Origin: Takakia lepidozioides
Taxonomy: Eukaryota > Plantae > Bryophyta
Direction: 5' to 3'
Length of the DNA: 64,000 nt
NCBI GenBank assembly: GCA_030704615.1
Contig: CM060732.1
Coordinates: forward strand, 81,034,001-81,098,000
The notes below the pieces were generated by a model, which had not been told where the DNA came from, searched no databases, and worked only from the letters and a program-made list of their open reading frames with translations. Below, in pieces: positions 12,753-24,075 of the stretch; position 1 is the first letter of the stretch; each line of letters begins with the position of its first letter. The translations under genes and the position numbers were made by a program.

Positions 12753-15192
12753 TTACTGAGCCCCTTCGGATGGGGTTGTGCTTTTGTAGTTTCCTACAGA
12801 ATTCCTCTGGAGGGCTCTTCGTATCTGCATGAAAGTTTGTACTTCCTCCTTTGGGAAGAGTCCCTGTCTAAGGGCTGCTGCTATGAATACCCGGAATGTT
12901 TCCTGGGTCTTCTCTCGCCACTGAGCACTCTCTTCTTCTGGCATAGCCAAAAGCTGCTGGCTTGCCATTTCCATAGTCTTCCTTTTGGCCCCATCCTTAC
13001 CAAACTCTTGGCGCCACTTCTTGTAAGCTGCAGTCCAGCATTTCAAAACCACAGAGCGACACTTTTTTTCCCATGCATCCTCTAGCCTTTGGTTAACCAT
13101 CATGGCCTGAGCTTTCTTTTTCAAGACCGCCCTGATGTAAGCAGTGCTCACCACAGGTATATCCTTTGGGTTAGGCACACGTAAGAAAACACCCATGAAC
13201 AATAGCTTGTCAGACACCGAGTGACTGAGTCTGGTTCTTTCAGCATTAACTTCCACATGTAGGTCTGATTGTAAGAACTGCGTCACTCTCTTAAGAATTT
13301 TAAGAGCGGTGGCCTTGCTCCCTGTCACACCAATAAGAAAATCCTCCCCATATCTGACATATCTTACCTGGACAACCTTGGAATCTTTGTAGTCAAGGTA
13401 GCTGATTTGCATCTTCCTCGCCATACTTACTCGATGCCGCTTCTCGCGTCTCAGTTGCTCAGGATTTCCCCCTAATCTTGCCATCGTCCTCCTATCCAGG
13501 TACATCAACTTTCGATATTCAGGGTTGATGTGGCGGTTCTTAGATTCGGTGTTCCATTCCTCCCTGATTTGGGCCACTTCATCATCCAGTTGCTGAAAGT
13601 AGATGTTGCACAACAGAGGTGACAGTATGCTTCCCTCCTCATATATGGGCATTCCCACACTTATTATGCCTGCATTAAACATCTGATTCAATGTATCCAT
13701 GAAACGTTGATCCTGTATTTTCTCTGAAAGAATGCCTTTGAGCCTTTTCTGGTTTAAAGCGTTGTACGACTTCTGGATGTCAAACTCGATAAACCAGGAC
13801 ATTCCTTTCCATCCCTGCTTCACAATTTTGAGGGCTGCGTGCCAAGACTTGCTCGGTGTGACTCCATGTGCATCCCGGGGAAATGATGATTCATATATCC
13901 TTTCTAGAACTAATTTGATAGCCTCTTGTATGATCTGATCCCTGGGGCTGCTCACTACAATTGATCTTGCCTCTCCAGGTCTTCCTAGTCTTGGGATGCT
14001 GACTCGTTTTGCAGGTTTAAATGGGTATGTCCCTGCACGCAACTGTTCTGCAGTGTACTCGAACCATCTCCAATTGATGCCCTCCAAGGGATTAGGATGA
14101 AGGGTATCCTCTCTCTGGTCCCCTCCGAATGCCATTTTCCCAAGTTTGAATTGAATACGTTCATATGCAGCTTCAAGGAAATGTGGATCAGCTATTACGT
14201 CAATGATCTTCCGATATTTCTGATCAGAACTAGGGTGAAGTCTCAGAGTTTTATCTGTGATAGGAGAATTCTCAATAACCTCTGTTGTAATATAACTATT
14301 GCTGCCTTTGTCAGTTGTTTGGGTGCCTTCACCAGGGTCAGACATGTGGTCGTTTCTCATGAACACCTCTCCGTTTCCACTGGAAGGGGCCTCTACATCC
14401 TCTATGTGTGCTTCTTCCCCTTTCCCTGCACGTGCAGTGAAAGTACTCATGCTGCGGATGTGGCGTATTTGTCCATGCAGCTGGTTTGTGTGGCTACACT
14501 TACACCGAACTTCAACAGGGGACCTCACCTCCATACAAGGCTGCAAACAGAGTGATGTACCACAAGCCCCATAAAATAGAGTTCCTCCCTACAGCTGAAT
14601 AAAGAGATGCACAGCTGGAATAGGTTCAGGTTCAGACACATTCTTTCCCCTTCAATGTACTCACACTTCGAACTGCAACTACAGCTGAAACAGACCATTC
14701 TTCTGGCTCATCCATTGATGAGCGCAGGTGTTGGGTGTCACTAACCTGGCTTAATTCATAGGAGCATTTGTAATCCGCGAGAAACCAGAGGCGAACGAAG
14801 CTTACCATCAGTAGAAGATGCCCTTCTGTTGCTGCTGCTGCCAGAGCTTCCTCCTCCTTCGTCCCTCCTGAGTTATCCCTGTTCACGAATTCTGAATGAG
14901 TTGATCCAGGAGGGTCTGCTTGAAGCAATAGATGGGGATGTGGACAAACCAAAGTCTCCAAATAGTGGGGAGGACCAACCAAAGCTGACGCATTGCGTTT
15001 CCAAAAGCGAAGACGAGTCCCAGAAATAGGTACTAGAGATAGACTGCCGCTCTCCCATTGTTCAATCTGAAATCTGGAATAAAAGCTAAGAGAGGAATCG
15101 GAAAGTGAGGAGAGAGGGCGAGAGAGATGAGGAGAAGAAGAGACTAGCAATGCCCGGAGTAAAATGAGACTAGGTAGACGTGGGCGCGGCAT
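12753..15192 (-). CDS. Nuclear-encoded group II intron maturase (MatR-like RT domain) with putative mitochondrial presequence; exons 15192-14806 and 14540-12753, ~724 aa
   Basis: RT subdomains 0-7 of mitochondrial-lineage IEPs: IADPHFLEAAYERI, PAKRVSIPR, SPRDQIIQEAIKLVLERIYE, WFIEFDIQKSY, GSILSPLLCNIYFQQLD, YVRYGEDFLIGVTGS, LLFMG. Exon 1 is R/S/L-rich (MPRPRLPSLILLRALLVSSSPHLSRPLSSLS). Phase-0 join ATG|gtaagc...tttgcag|CCT. The RT call is firm; the exon 1 assignment is less so. Confidence 0.85.
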
Positions 15193-16988
15193 AGTGTATC
15201 AGTTCAAACAGCTCTCCATTGGAACCCTCCTTACCTACATGAAATAGAGAGGGACTTGATCCTACAACTGCTATCAACCCAACAAAGCCCAAGCGAATGC
15301 CAGTAAAGCCAGTCTTCTCCAGAACTCTCTCTACCAACTTCTTCTCAGTCTTCGAATTTAAGAGGACTTACTCCAATGCCCTTCGATCTGTTAGTAAAAC
15401 AGAGAGGGATGTGTTCCTGAGACTCGAGACGCATCCCAAAAATTTGAATCGATCCAAAGAATCCCAATCCTGTCGACAGTCTCACAGACTGGCCAGTAGC
15501 CGTGGGTCTCACCCACAAGCAAACACCCTCTCTTCTCCCTCCTCACTCCTCACAGGGTTTAGGGCTCTAGGGCGATGACGAAATCCTGAACGTTCACTGT
15601 AAATCTCTTCCTCTTCGTCTCCCTTTTTGTGTCTTCTTCGTCTCTCCCGCTCGTACATTCGTCAACGAGAAGTCCTTCTCAGAAATGCTACATTTTTGTG
15701 CTGTGTAGGTACTAATCAAACTTGAGAGAAGCTCTCTCTTTTTCTCTGCCTCGTGTCCGAGGTGGGAAGCTTGCAAGCATCGTCACCACCGATGGCGCTG
15801 GCGTGAATTGAAGGAGTTTCCATATCGTTTCATGAACTTGGTTCGCTTAATCTTCTTCTCCGTTCTATGGTGAGTAACTCACCTGATAGCATGTGAGGGA
15901 TCTGTGGCCTTTTAGGGGTTTGATCACAAGTTGATGTTAGAGCAGTTCAACCACATTCAACCGTGCTGATGGTGGCAATTTTTTCTGGCACGAGATGGTT
16001 TCTCGTGCGCCAAATCCTCACTAGTATTCTGCGGGTAGTGGTTAAGGTCACCCCGGGTATTGGGATGAGCCCGCATTCTTGGCACGATGTTTGCCGATGG
16101 GACTTGGCATGAGGAAAGCGTGATGAATCTTCACAGTGGAGATGACCACGGCTGGCAGTTACTTTGACCCGGGTTTGTGGATGAGCCAGAGTGGTGTGAC
16201 TGTGGCTGTGTTCGAGTGTAGATTAGGAAGATGATTTGCAGGTTTTGATGGCCTTTCTCTGTGTGCATAGATAACTCTGTCGGTAGGGTTTGGAGTTTCC
16301 AACCCACCAGGGCATGGAAACCCAAACCGAAATTGTCACAGCTAAGTCTCATTTGGTCATGGTATTGTTGTGTTGGTGCAGATGGTTGACAAGAGTTGTG
16401 GGAAAGCGGCAGTGTGCTTATGAATGGGGGGCATCCGAGTAAGATTTGACTACGTCGGTGGTGCAGAGCTCTGAGCTTGGCCACAATTCCGTATGGCCCC
16501 AGGTGATTGAGGGGTACCACTGAGTTCTTCCCACAGGTCTACAGAATGTCATTTAGAATTTGCGAGGGAGGGCAGCAATGTGGGGATCGCTGGCAAACTT
16601 GAATGTTGATTAGGTCGAGGGCCTGTCTACTTCACGAAAGCTTGTCGATTGGGAGCCTGGAAACTCAAGAAGCTCATCTCAGTAGACTAGCAAAGCAGGG
16701 GGAAAATGATACTACCGAAATGGAGAGAAAAGAGTGCCACAGAAATGGTTCTTCTTTTGGGGCTGAAAGAGTCTAAAACAAAGAGGGCGAATTTAGTTAG
16801 GCACAGTCAACTGGACCACTGGGTGATGCACCTGACTCATTCCCAAAAAACGGAATAAGGAAGTCTGTAGCAATGGGAAAGCCCTGATTGCGGAGTTTTT
16901 TTGTGTGACCATAAAATTGCTCTGTATCAAGTAAGTGGCCATGAGGCCATAGGAATAGAGGAGTAAGGTATTCGCAGACTCTCGGTGC

Positions 16989-19900
16989 ATGAGCTCGGCT
17001 AAACAAGAAATGGTCGGAGGAGGATCGACCCAAAAAGTGGACATAGGGCTCAATTCGGCAGCAGCTCGCATCCCACAGCAAGGTGATCAAGGTCGGAGAG
17101 GATACACTGTTACGGGAGTTCCAAAGCGGCCAGTTTCTGCCCCAAGCCCCAGGTCGGGAGACACTTTTGGGGGTTTCGGTAACCCAAATAAGGCATACCC
17201 CAAAGACAACGTGCGGTTTATGCCAGCCACAGATAGAGACTACAGAGGAGCAGAGGTGGCTTATGAGATGGAGCAGAGAGACCATAGAGAGGAAGGGGCA
17301 GTGGGAGGAGAGGGGAATCAGAGTGGGGTGTATGACATGGAAGGTCATGGAAGAGAGCAAGAATGGGGTCAAGGAGAGAGAGATGCCGGTGTAGAGCGGG
17401 ACTACAGAGTTATGGGGGGGGTGAGGGGTGAAGTAAGTGAGGCCTCACAAAGTGAAGGGACAGAAGAAGAAGATGATGACGAGGGAGACATGGTGGATGG
17501 TGAGGTAGAGGAAGGTGGAGTCCCCAATGAGAGGGGGAGAGAAGGGGTTGCAGGGGGTGCCGGGGGCATGTCTCTTTCTCATACGCAAATTGGGGCCTTA
17601 GATCCAGATCAAGTTAGAGAAGATGGGCTGCTTCCTACAAGTGGAGGCTTTCAGAGAGGTCCGTCAGAGCGCCAGAGAGCTGCCTTGAAGGCAGCTGTAG
17701 GGGGTGATTCTGTGTCAACTAATTTGCCATTTGTGATGTTTCATTCTCCGACATCGACACTCCCTTTTCTTAATTCATTCTCCTCATCTCCAGTGGTGCC
17801 ATTAGGGGGAGGCCATACGGATGCAAATCCCGTCCAGAATGGGGTGGTGGTTGGGGGAGGTGGAGGAGCAGCATCTTATACTCTCTCACGTGATGGCATG
17901 GTTAGAGAAGGGGGTATCTCGAGGGAAGCTTCAAGGGAGGGTTTTCAGGACAGTGCAGTTGTGGGTTCCCTCCAAGAGCAAGCCAGGATCACACAAGGCC
18001 CATTACAAGAACAACTCCAGGGTGCTGGAGTGTCAGATTCTGACAACTACTACACTTCTCTCCTAAACTCACAAATACATAGCGTACTGAAGGGCATGGA
18101 TTCTGGGAATGATTCAACTAGTAGGCAGCGTGCTATCAATACTCCCTCATCAGCAGCCGAGCCATCTCTGCGGCGCATTTTGTCCGACCCTCTCACGTAG
18201 TGCTCTCTCTCTCTCTCTCTCTAGGCTATGACAAACAATGTCGTATGAGTACATTCTCTTCGTCTCTCTGTGTGCAAACAATGTCTGATGAGGACATTCT
18301 CTCTCTCCTGACATGTCATCCATTCTTTTTCTCCTGTTTACTCTGTTGTAGCAAAATAAGCCCATCCCTGTTTGTTGACTTGCTCCTGACATGATTAATT
18401 TTACTGATGATTGTTATTGTAGGTTGCAGACTATCATGCAATCCAAATTCCTTTTTCTATTTGATGTCTGCTGGTGTAGTGCTGCAATGCTCTCATTTCT
18501 GTCACCTTGTTTTCCTTCGGTGAAATGGTCCTCTTGTATCCCAAAACAGTTAAATGTGGACGTGCAACTCCCATGGCTTAGAGTTGGTTTTGGGCTTATC
18601 TGGATATGACAGGGGGTCTTTAATGGAAGATGCCATGATCATTTCATGCGGGCATTCTGTTGGAAACGCAGGTCTCAAAAGGGTGATTGAGACGGTAAGT
18701 CCGGCATCACTTTTGACTTGAAGAAGATGAGTGGTCATTTGGCTTCCTGCTAAACTTCCGTGTTTGTGTTAATGTGGTGGGGTCCATGTGAGATCCTGAT
18801 ACTGTAAGGTTGCATCCTTTCCTTTCTCTGGAACCTTCCATTCCAAGGCTTTCCTTCATTTTCAGCTCCTTTTGCTGTGGTCACTCGGTATGTTTTCTTT
18901 TTTGCTGGGAATTCGGAGGCATATAAACCAAGGACCTTAATCACAGCCTTGGGATTTGCAGAATGTGTGCATCATATGTGGAGCTTCAGTACGGTCAGAG
19001 TCCATGGCTCCAAACTATGGTAACACAGACACAGTCACCCTCTCTCACTCTCTTCCTAGATGGATTGTAACATCTGTGCTGAATTGCTACAGCAGTGCTG
19101 CTGGATCAATGCAGTATTTTCTTAACATGATGTCCAAACTATCTCGGAAATCAAACAGTTGATACCCTGTAATCGGACTATACTTGGCTGTGGGCGCCGC
19201 TAAGGCAATTTCTGGAGGAATCTCATATATCCTGGTGGGCTGAAACAGCAGAACAGGCTCCAGGAGTGTTAGTATGCAGGAGCTAACGTTGGCAGGGAAC
19301 ATTCATTTCTCTCAGTGCCGTACTGTCACATCTCGATGCAAGAAATGGCATCCTGATTTCTTAAATGCCAGCCCTAAAATCACCAATCAGATGCCTGTAT
19401 GGATTGCCGTTTATTAAATCCCAGAACTGGCTTCCTGAACGTCCAGACACACCAAAGTATCAACTTCCAAAATCTGTTTTCGAAAACTTGTATTAGTGCT
19501 CAAATATGAGAGAAGAAGTTTGCATTTTCGTTCTCATCTTCATTGCTCTCATTTTCTTTTCCTTCAATTCTCTGCTTTTTAACTTGAGAGCCATTGCTCT
19601 GTGCTTGCTTGACATGTCTTGATAAAATTGTGAGAAATTGTGCCCAAGGACTGCATGTAGCAGCTCTGAAGCGATTGACAATGTGTCTGGCATGCGTGGC
19701 AGCTCTGCGGTCAGCTGTGCAGGCGTACAAGCGAGAGGAAGAGATGATCCACATTGGGATGAAGTCTGCCAAGAGGAGGAGAGACCCTGCCCAGGTATTG
19801 GGATGATTAAGTAATTGGGTGATGTCTACAAGGAGGGCATATGCACACATCTTCCTGAGTAGTCTTTTGCTTCTCTTTGTTTCTCTGTGTCTACCATGTA

Positions 19901-21202
19901 TTTGGAGCCAACCCTTTGAGTACAACTCATTCTTGCAAGATGGGATGTGGTTGGATGTTTGGTAGGTGTAGTAGTTCCAGACTTCGGATTGTGTGAGGAG
20001 TTTGTCTCCTAGTGTCCACAGCCATAACCCGATCCACACGTGGAATGCCACAGTGCATAACAGTACCCTGCTGATTCTAGCCTTGATATTAGGCGTTATG
20101 GAAAAGCATGACAAGAAAGATTTTTAGTGATAACTTGGACCTCCACATTCAGAGTGATAGCTCAAGGATTTAATGAAAGGTCAAATTTGTTCTGATGCAG
20201 GATGCTTCAACAGATCAGCCATCAGACACTACGCGAACAAAGGGTGTTCAGTTTCCGTTTGTTGTTAGTGATCGCGTTCTGATCAAGGTTAGTCAAGAAG
20301 TATTAAGTGGACTCCATGTCTGGAGTCCCCTCTTCGTGGTTATTTCTTTCTCTCTCCCTCTCTATCATAACTTTGTCTTTCATTTTTATAAGAGATTTGT
20401 TTGCTGATTTTTTGACAAAACCATCACATGCAGCCTACATGGCTGGCCTACAGATCCATGGTTCTTGCATGAATATTCATCCAAGAGGCTGTGGCGTCGT
20501 TCCCATGAATCTCATGAGACTATCTCGAAGAAAAGCATCTCAGCAATCTATACATGGCAATCTGTGGAGCACCTCAGTAGCATCTCAAAAGCATCTTGGG
20601 ATCATCTGCCCTGTCTCTCAACAGGTGTAGTGAGGGGTGATGTGATTTTTAAAGGTTCCCTTATTCCTTTGTTTGGGTTGGTTGGGGAATATTTGGCTAA
20701 TTGCGATGTGGGTTGTACTTTGCAACAGGGGAACAAACGGACACCAGACCGCTTTGTGGGTAGGGAGGCAGTCATCACCACACAGTGTCTGAATGGCTGG
20801 TACTTGTTCCCTCGCCCTTTGTTCCAGAACCTTCTCCTCCCTCTCTGAAACTGGATTGGCATGAACTATGTCAGAGCTCTCAAGGCTAAATCAATACCGC
20901 TGTTAACAGGAAACGGTAATTGACTACATCTTTCTAGTGTTGGGGACCACTCCGGGCAGCAATGATATGAGTACTTTGCTGCCTCCCTGTCTTCAGAAGA
21001 TGCAAACATGATTTTGGACAAGTCGTATGTGTGCACTCCTTGCCACCCCCCTCTCTCTCTCTTACCCAATGGTTGTGTGGTCAGGTATCTGGTGCGGACA
21101 TTGGATAACGGAGAGAGTGTTCGGTTGCAATATCGCTCTTTGCAAAAAGTGGGAGCTCAGACGTCCCCCAATGTTTCTCATTTCGGGCCCAGCTGGCTAT
21201 GA
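16989..21202 (+). CDS. PUB62: U-box E3 ubiquitin ligase, PUB62/PUB63 type, 571 aa; exons 16989-18196, 18613-18694, 18962-19019, 19703-19794, 20201-20287, 20729-20799, 21085-21202
   Basis: Spliced U-box SLRRILSDPLTGSLMEDAMIISCGHSVG...CIICGASVRSESMAPNYALRSAVQAY. Conserved C-terminal GVQFPFVVSDRVLIKGNKRTPDRFVGREAVITTQCLNGWYLVRTLDNGESVRLQYRSL. Exon lengths sum to 1716 nt, in frame. Confidence 0.92.
18223..18298 (+). mobile_element. Two tiny decayed 3'-tail remnants of the LINE family in a (CT)n tract of PUB62 intron 1
   Basis: 'aggctatgacaaacaatgtcgtatgagtacattctct' and 'gcaaacaatgtctgatgaggacattctctctc' compared with the family end 'aggctacggcaaacaacgtcttatgagtacaatctctc'. Confidence 0.75.
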
Positions 21203-24075
21203 TTGGTGGGTTATTGAAGCTTTGGGTTTGAAAGTCTTTACACAGAAGAGAGATAGGGAGAGGCTGTTCTGTGATGGACTCGTTTTATTTGAGAAATGCT
21301 GGAGTCCATCAGCTGCTTCAGATATTGGCCTGGTTTGGAGTTGTGTGTTTGTTTGAAAGGGGAAAGATGATGATGCACTCATTAGAAGTTTCCTGCTGTA
21401 GCCTTTGGGCATAGATCCTGCACCTAAGTTTGGACATGGCACAAAGCAAAAGAGAGAGAGATGGTGTGTTTCCTCCTTCCCTTACAAAAATAATGAGGGA
21501 GACAGAGAAGAGAGAGAGGATTAGTCAGTTGTAGCTACAAAAATTGAGCAGGTTTGTTTTGTTAGGAGATATTGCTTCTTTTCAGCTTCAACTGACTGTG
21601 CCTGATGAGATTTGTCTTGCAGTGTGTGTATGTATTTCCTTAGGTATGTTTGACGTGTACTAGCTACATGTGGACATACATCTGTACATGCACGTTTAGT
21701 CTCTGCATGCAACATGTGATCATATACATAGGTGATCACAAGCTAACACTCTAGTCCAGTTGTGCTTTGTGTTGCTTGAATTTTGTGCCCATCAGCAAAG
21801 GAGGGCAGCATCAATGTGCCTCCTGGTTACATTGGCTTCAGGTCCATTTTGTTCTTTGATTGTGTTTGAGATCGTCCAGAGTAGAAGTCAGTGTTGAAAG
21901 TGGCTGTGAGAGCTGTGGAGGTTTACTGAATCGATCACCCAAATGGACAGGTTATATCCCGCTTGGTTAATAACCAGATAGCCACAGCCTCTGTCTAGTT
22001 GCGGAGCATTATGACTGTTGAGGTTTGGTTCACAGTTTACACCTATTTGTTGCAGGGATGTGGCTACAGAACGAACCATCAATGGCGGAGTTCGCAGCTG
22101 TAAAGTTTGGTGCACCATGTGTTGAGTGAGACAGGAGATACAAGTGAGGCCTTTGAAGATGATGATTATGACTGAGAGAGACAGAGAGACAGAAGAAGCA
22201 AGGGGGTGGGGAGGGGGGGGTGCGCATTCTCTTCAAAGGGTGTGATACTGTTGACCCTTGTATAGCCTCTGTCATGTTTTGGCCCTGACCTCACCACTCA
22301 TCCATGTCTAGGTCCCCTCTCTGTATCAATGAGGCAGCTGTGAATGCCATGAGATGCAATTCGATTTTGCAAGTCATTCACAGGTTTTATCCAAGGCCAC
22401 ACGGGATAGCAGCCATAAATTTCAGAGGTTTAGCGACCCAAATTGGATGTGTATGATAGGGTTGGAGCTCTCCTTTCTCTCTGCTGCAGAGGAGAAAATT
22501 TCCCAACCAAGCAAGTGTAGTAATTTCATGGCATTATTGTGTTCGATGAATCAACCCCTTCGCATATGCCTTGGTGTGCTCCGTAGAGGGTTTTCCAAAT
22601 GTGTTCAATTTTTAGTCTTTACTTGACCTGCTCTAGATTGTTTGGTAGTGTCCCAGAAGGGTTCCAATTTTGAAGTTGAAGGCTGTACAGGCTCAACTTT
22701 ACTGTCTTTGAGTTTGAAACCACGAGTGCTTTGTAAAATATCTGGACTTTTATTGGCCCTTGCTTTTCATGTAAGTAGTTCTCTTTTCTAAGAGTCTCAG
22801 CATGGTAAGGTGATCCATCTCGAAGATCTTCTATCTTGTGTTGGAACTTGGGAATGAACGAAGGAATTTTGTTAGAAAGTCAACAGTCCATGCACCAGGA
22901 GCCTTAGGAAGATGTCCAGTGCCAAGATCTTCGCCAGCCCTTGTATAACGACTGAAGTACACACCAGAAGACTCGAAGACAACCAAGTAATAGAAACTTG
23001 AACACTGCCAAGCTGACCCATCCTTCACTTAAGATCAGTGTACTATTGATTTCTCCAGCAACATATGCACTCACTGCATCCTAGCTTCAGAATGTTTTAC
23101 CTCTCCTTTGAGAGCAATATCAAGATACATAGCAGACGGTTTCTGCCGCCCAGACTGGAAAGGATTCACAGTTTGGTCACCCACGTCTGCAGATGGATTT
23201 GAACAGATGATCACACAATCCACCACTGGTGGAGTTTCTTCTTGCTTCATTCATTGCCGAAAGAATTTGTTCTTGGGCACCGATGCGTGCATCAGACAGG
23301 CCAGCGGAATGTTCTTGAGAGCATTTTCAGATGTAATCAAGAGCATCCCCTCGGGATTTCCGAATTCCTCGTTCTCCCATCACCTGGGTCATCTGTAATT
23401 CTGAGAGCATGCAAAACTGCTGTAATTTTGAAGCTGGTTGAGGTGGAAGATTGCGCCGCTCGTGGTAGCCCCGTGTTGTTCTCCGTTATGTTGGGTGCTC
23501 GATGATGTGATTGTAGTTACATAGTTTGTAGGACATTCTGTGCAAGGGACAGCAACTTCAATGCGATTGGTTTCTAAGATTAGAAGGATATCGTAATCTC
23601 AAGTCTTTTGTGTTGTGTCTCTCTTCGATCGTTACGGGTGCTGATTGCTCTGGAGATCCCATTTTCTTTGTGCCCTGACTTGTAGAGCGCCATTGACGTG
23701 TTCATGTGAAATTAGGAGCCGCGCAGGTGGTCTTTGAAGCGTTACAAAGCAGCGCTGCAGCGCACTCGGATGGTCAAATCAGGGTCCGATGTTGAAATAT
23801 GGATCCCACTGATTTTGTCGACAGGAATGAGTTTGTAATTAGGTCCTTCACTTTGTTGGGAATCGAGGTAGAGAGCTACCTTGGATCGTCCTCTTGCTGT
23901 GGGGGCACTTGTTTACTCGAGCTTTGGAGAAATGGGTGGCATGCATTTGCGACAAGCTTAGAGCTAGAAGGAAGATAGACAATGTTCCTGAGGAAGGAAA
24001 GGCAGCCAAAACCGACGGTGAATGGAGAAAGTGTAATTGGCATCGAGCAAGACGATATCATCGACTGGGACACCG

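Noticed and set aside
12753-14546. Intact mobile group II intron or fresh NUMT
   Set aside because: YADD is replaced by YGED, no endonuclease domain or group II RNA boundaries are recognised, the flanks are not organellar, and a spliceosomal intron links it to a targeting-like exon.
22830-23400. Coding-looking minus-strand stretch
   Set aside because: Interrupted by stops and no family recognised.
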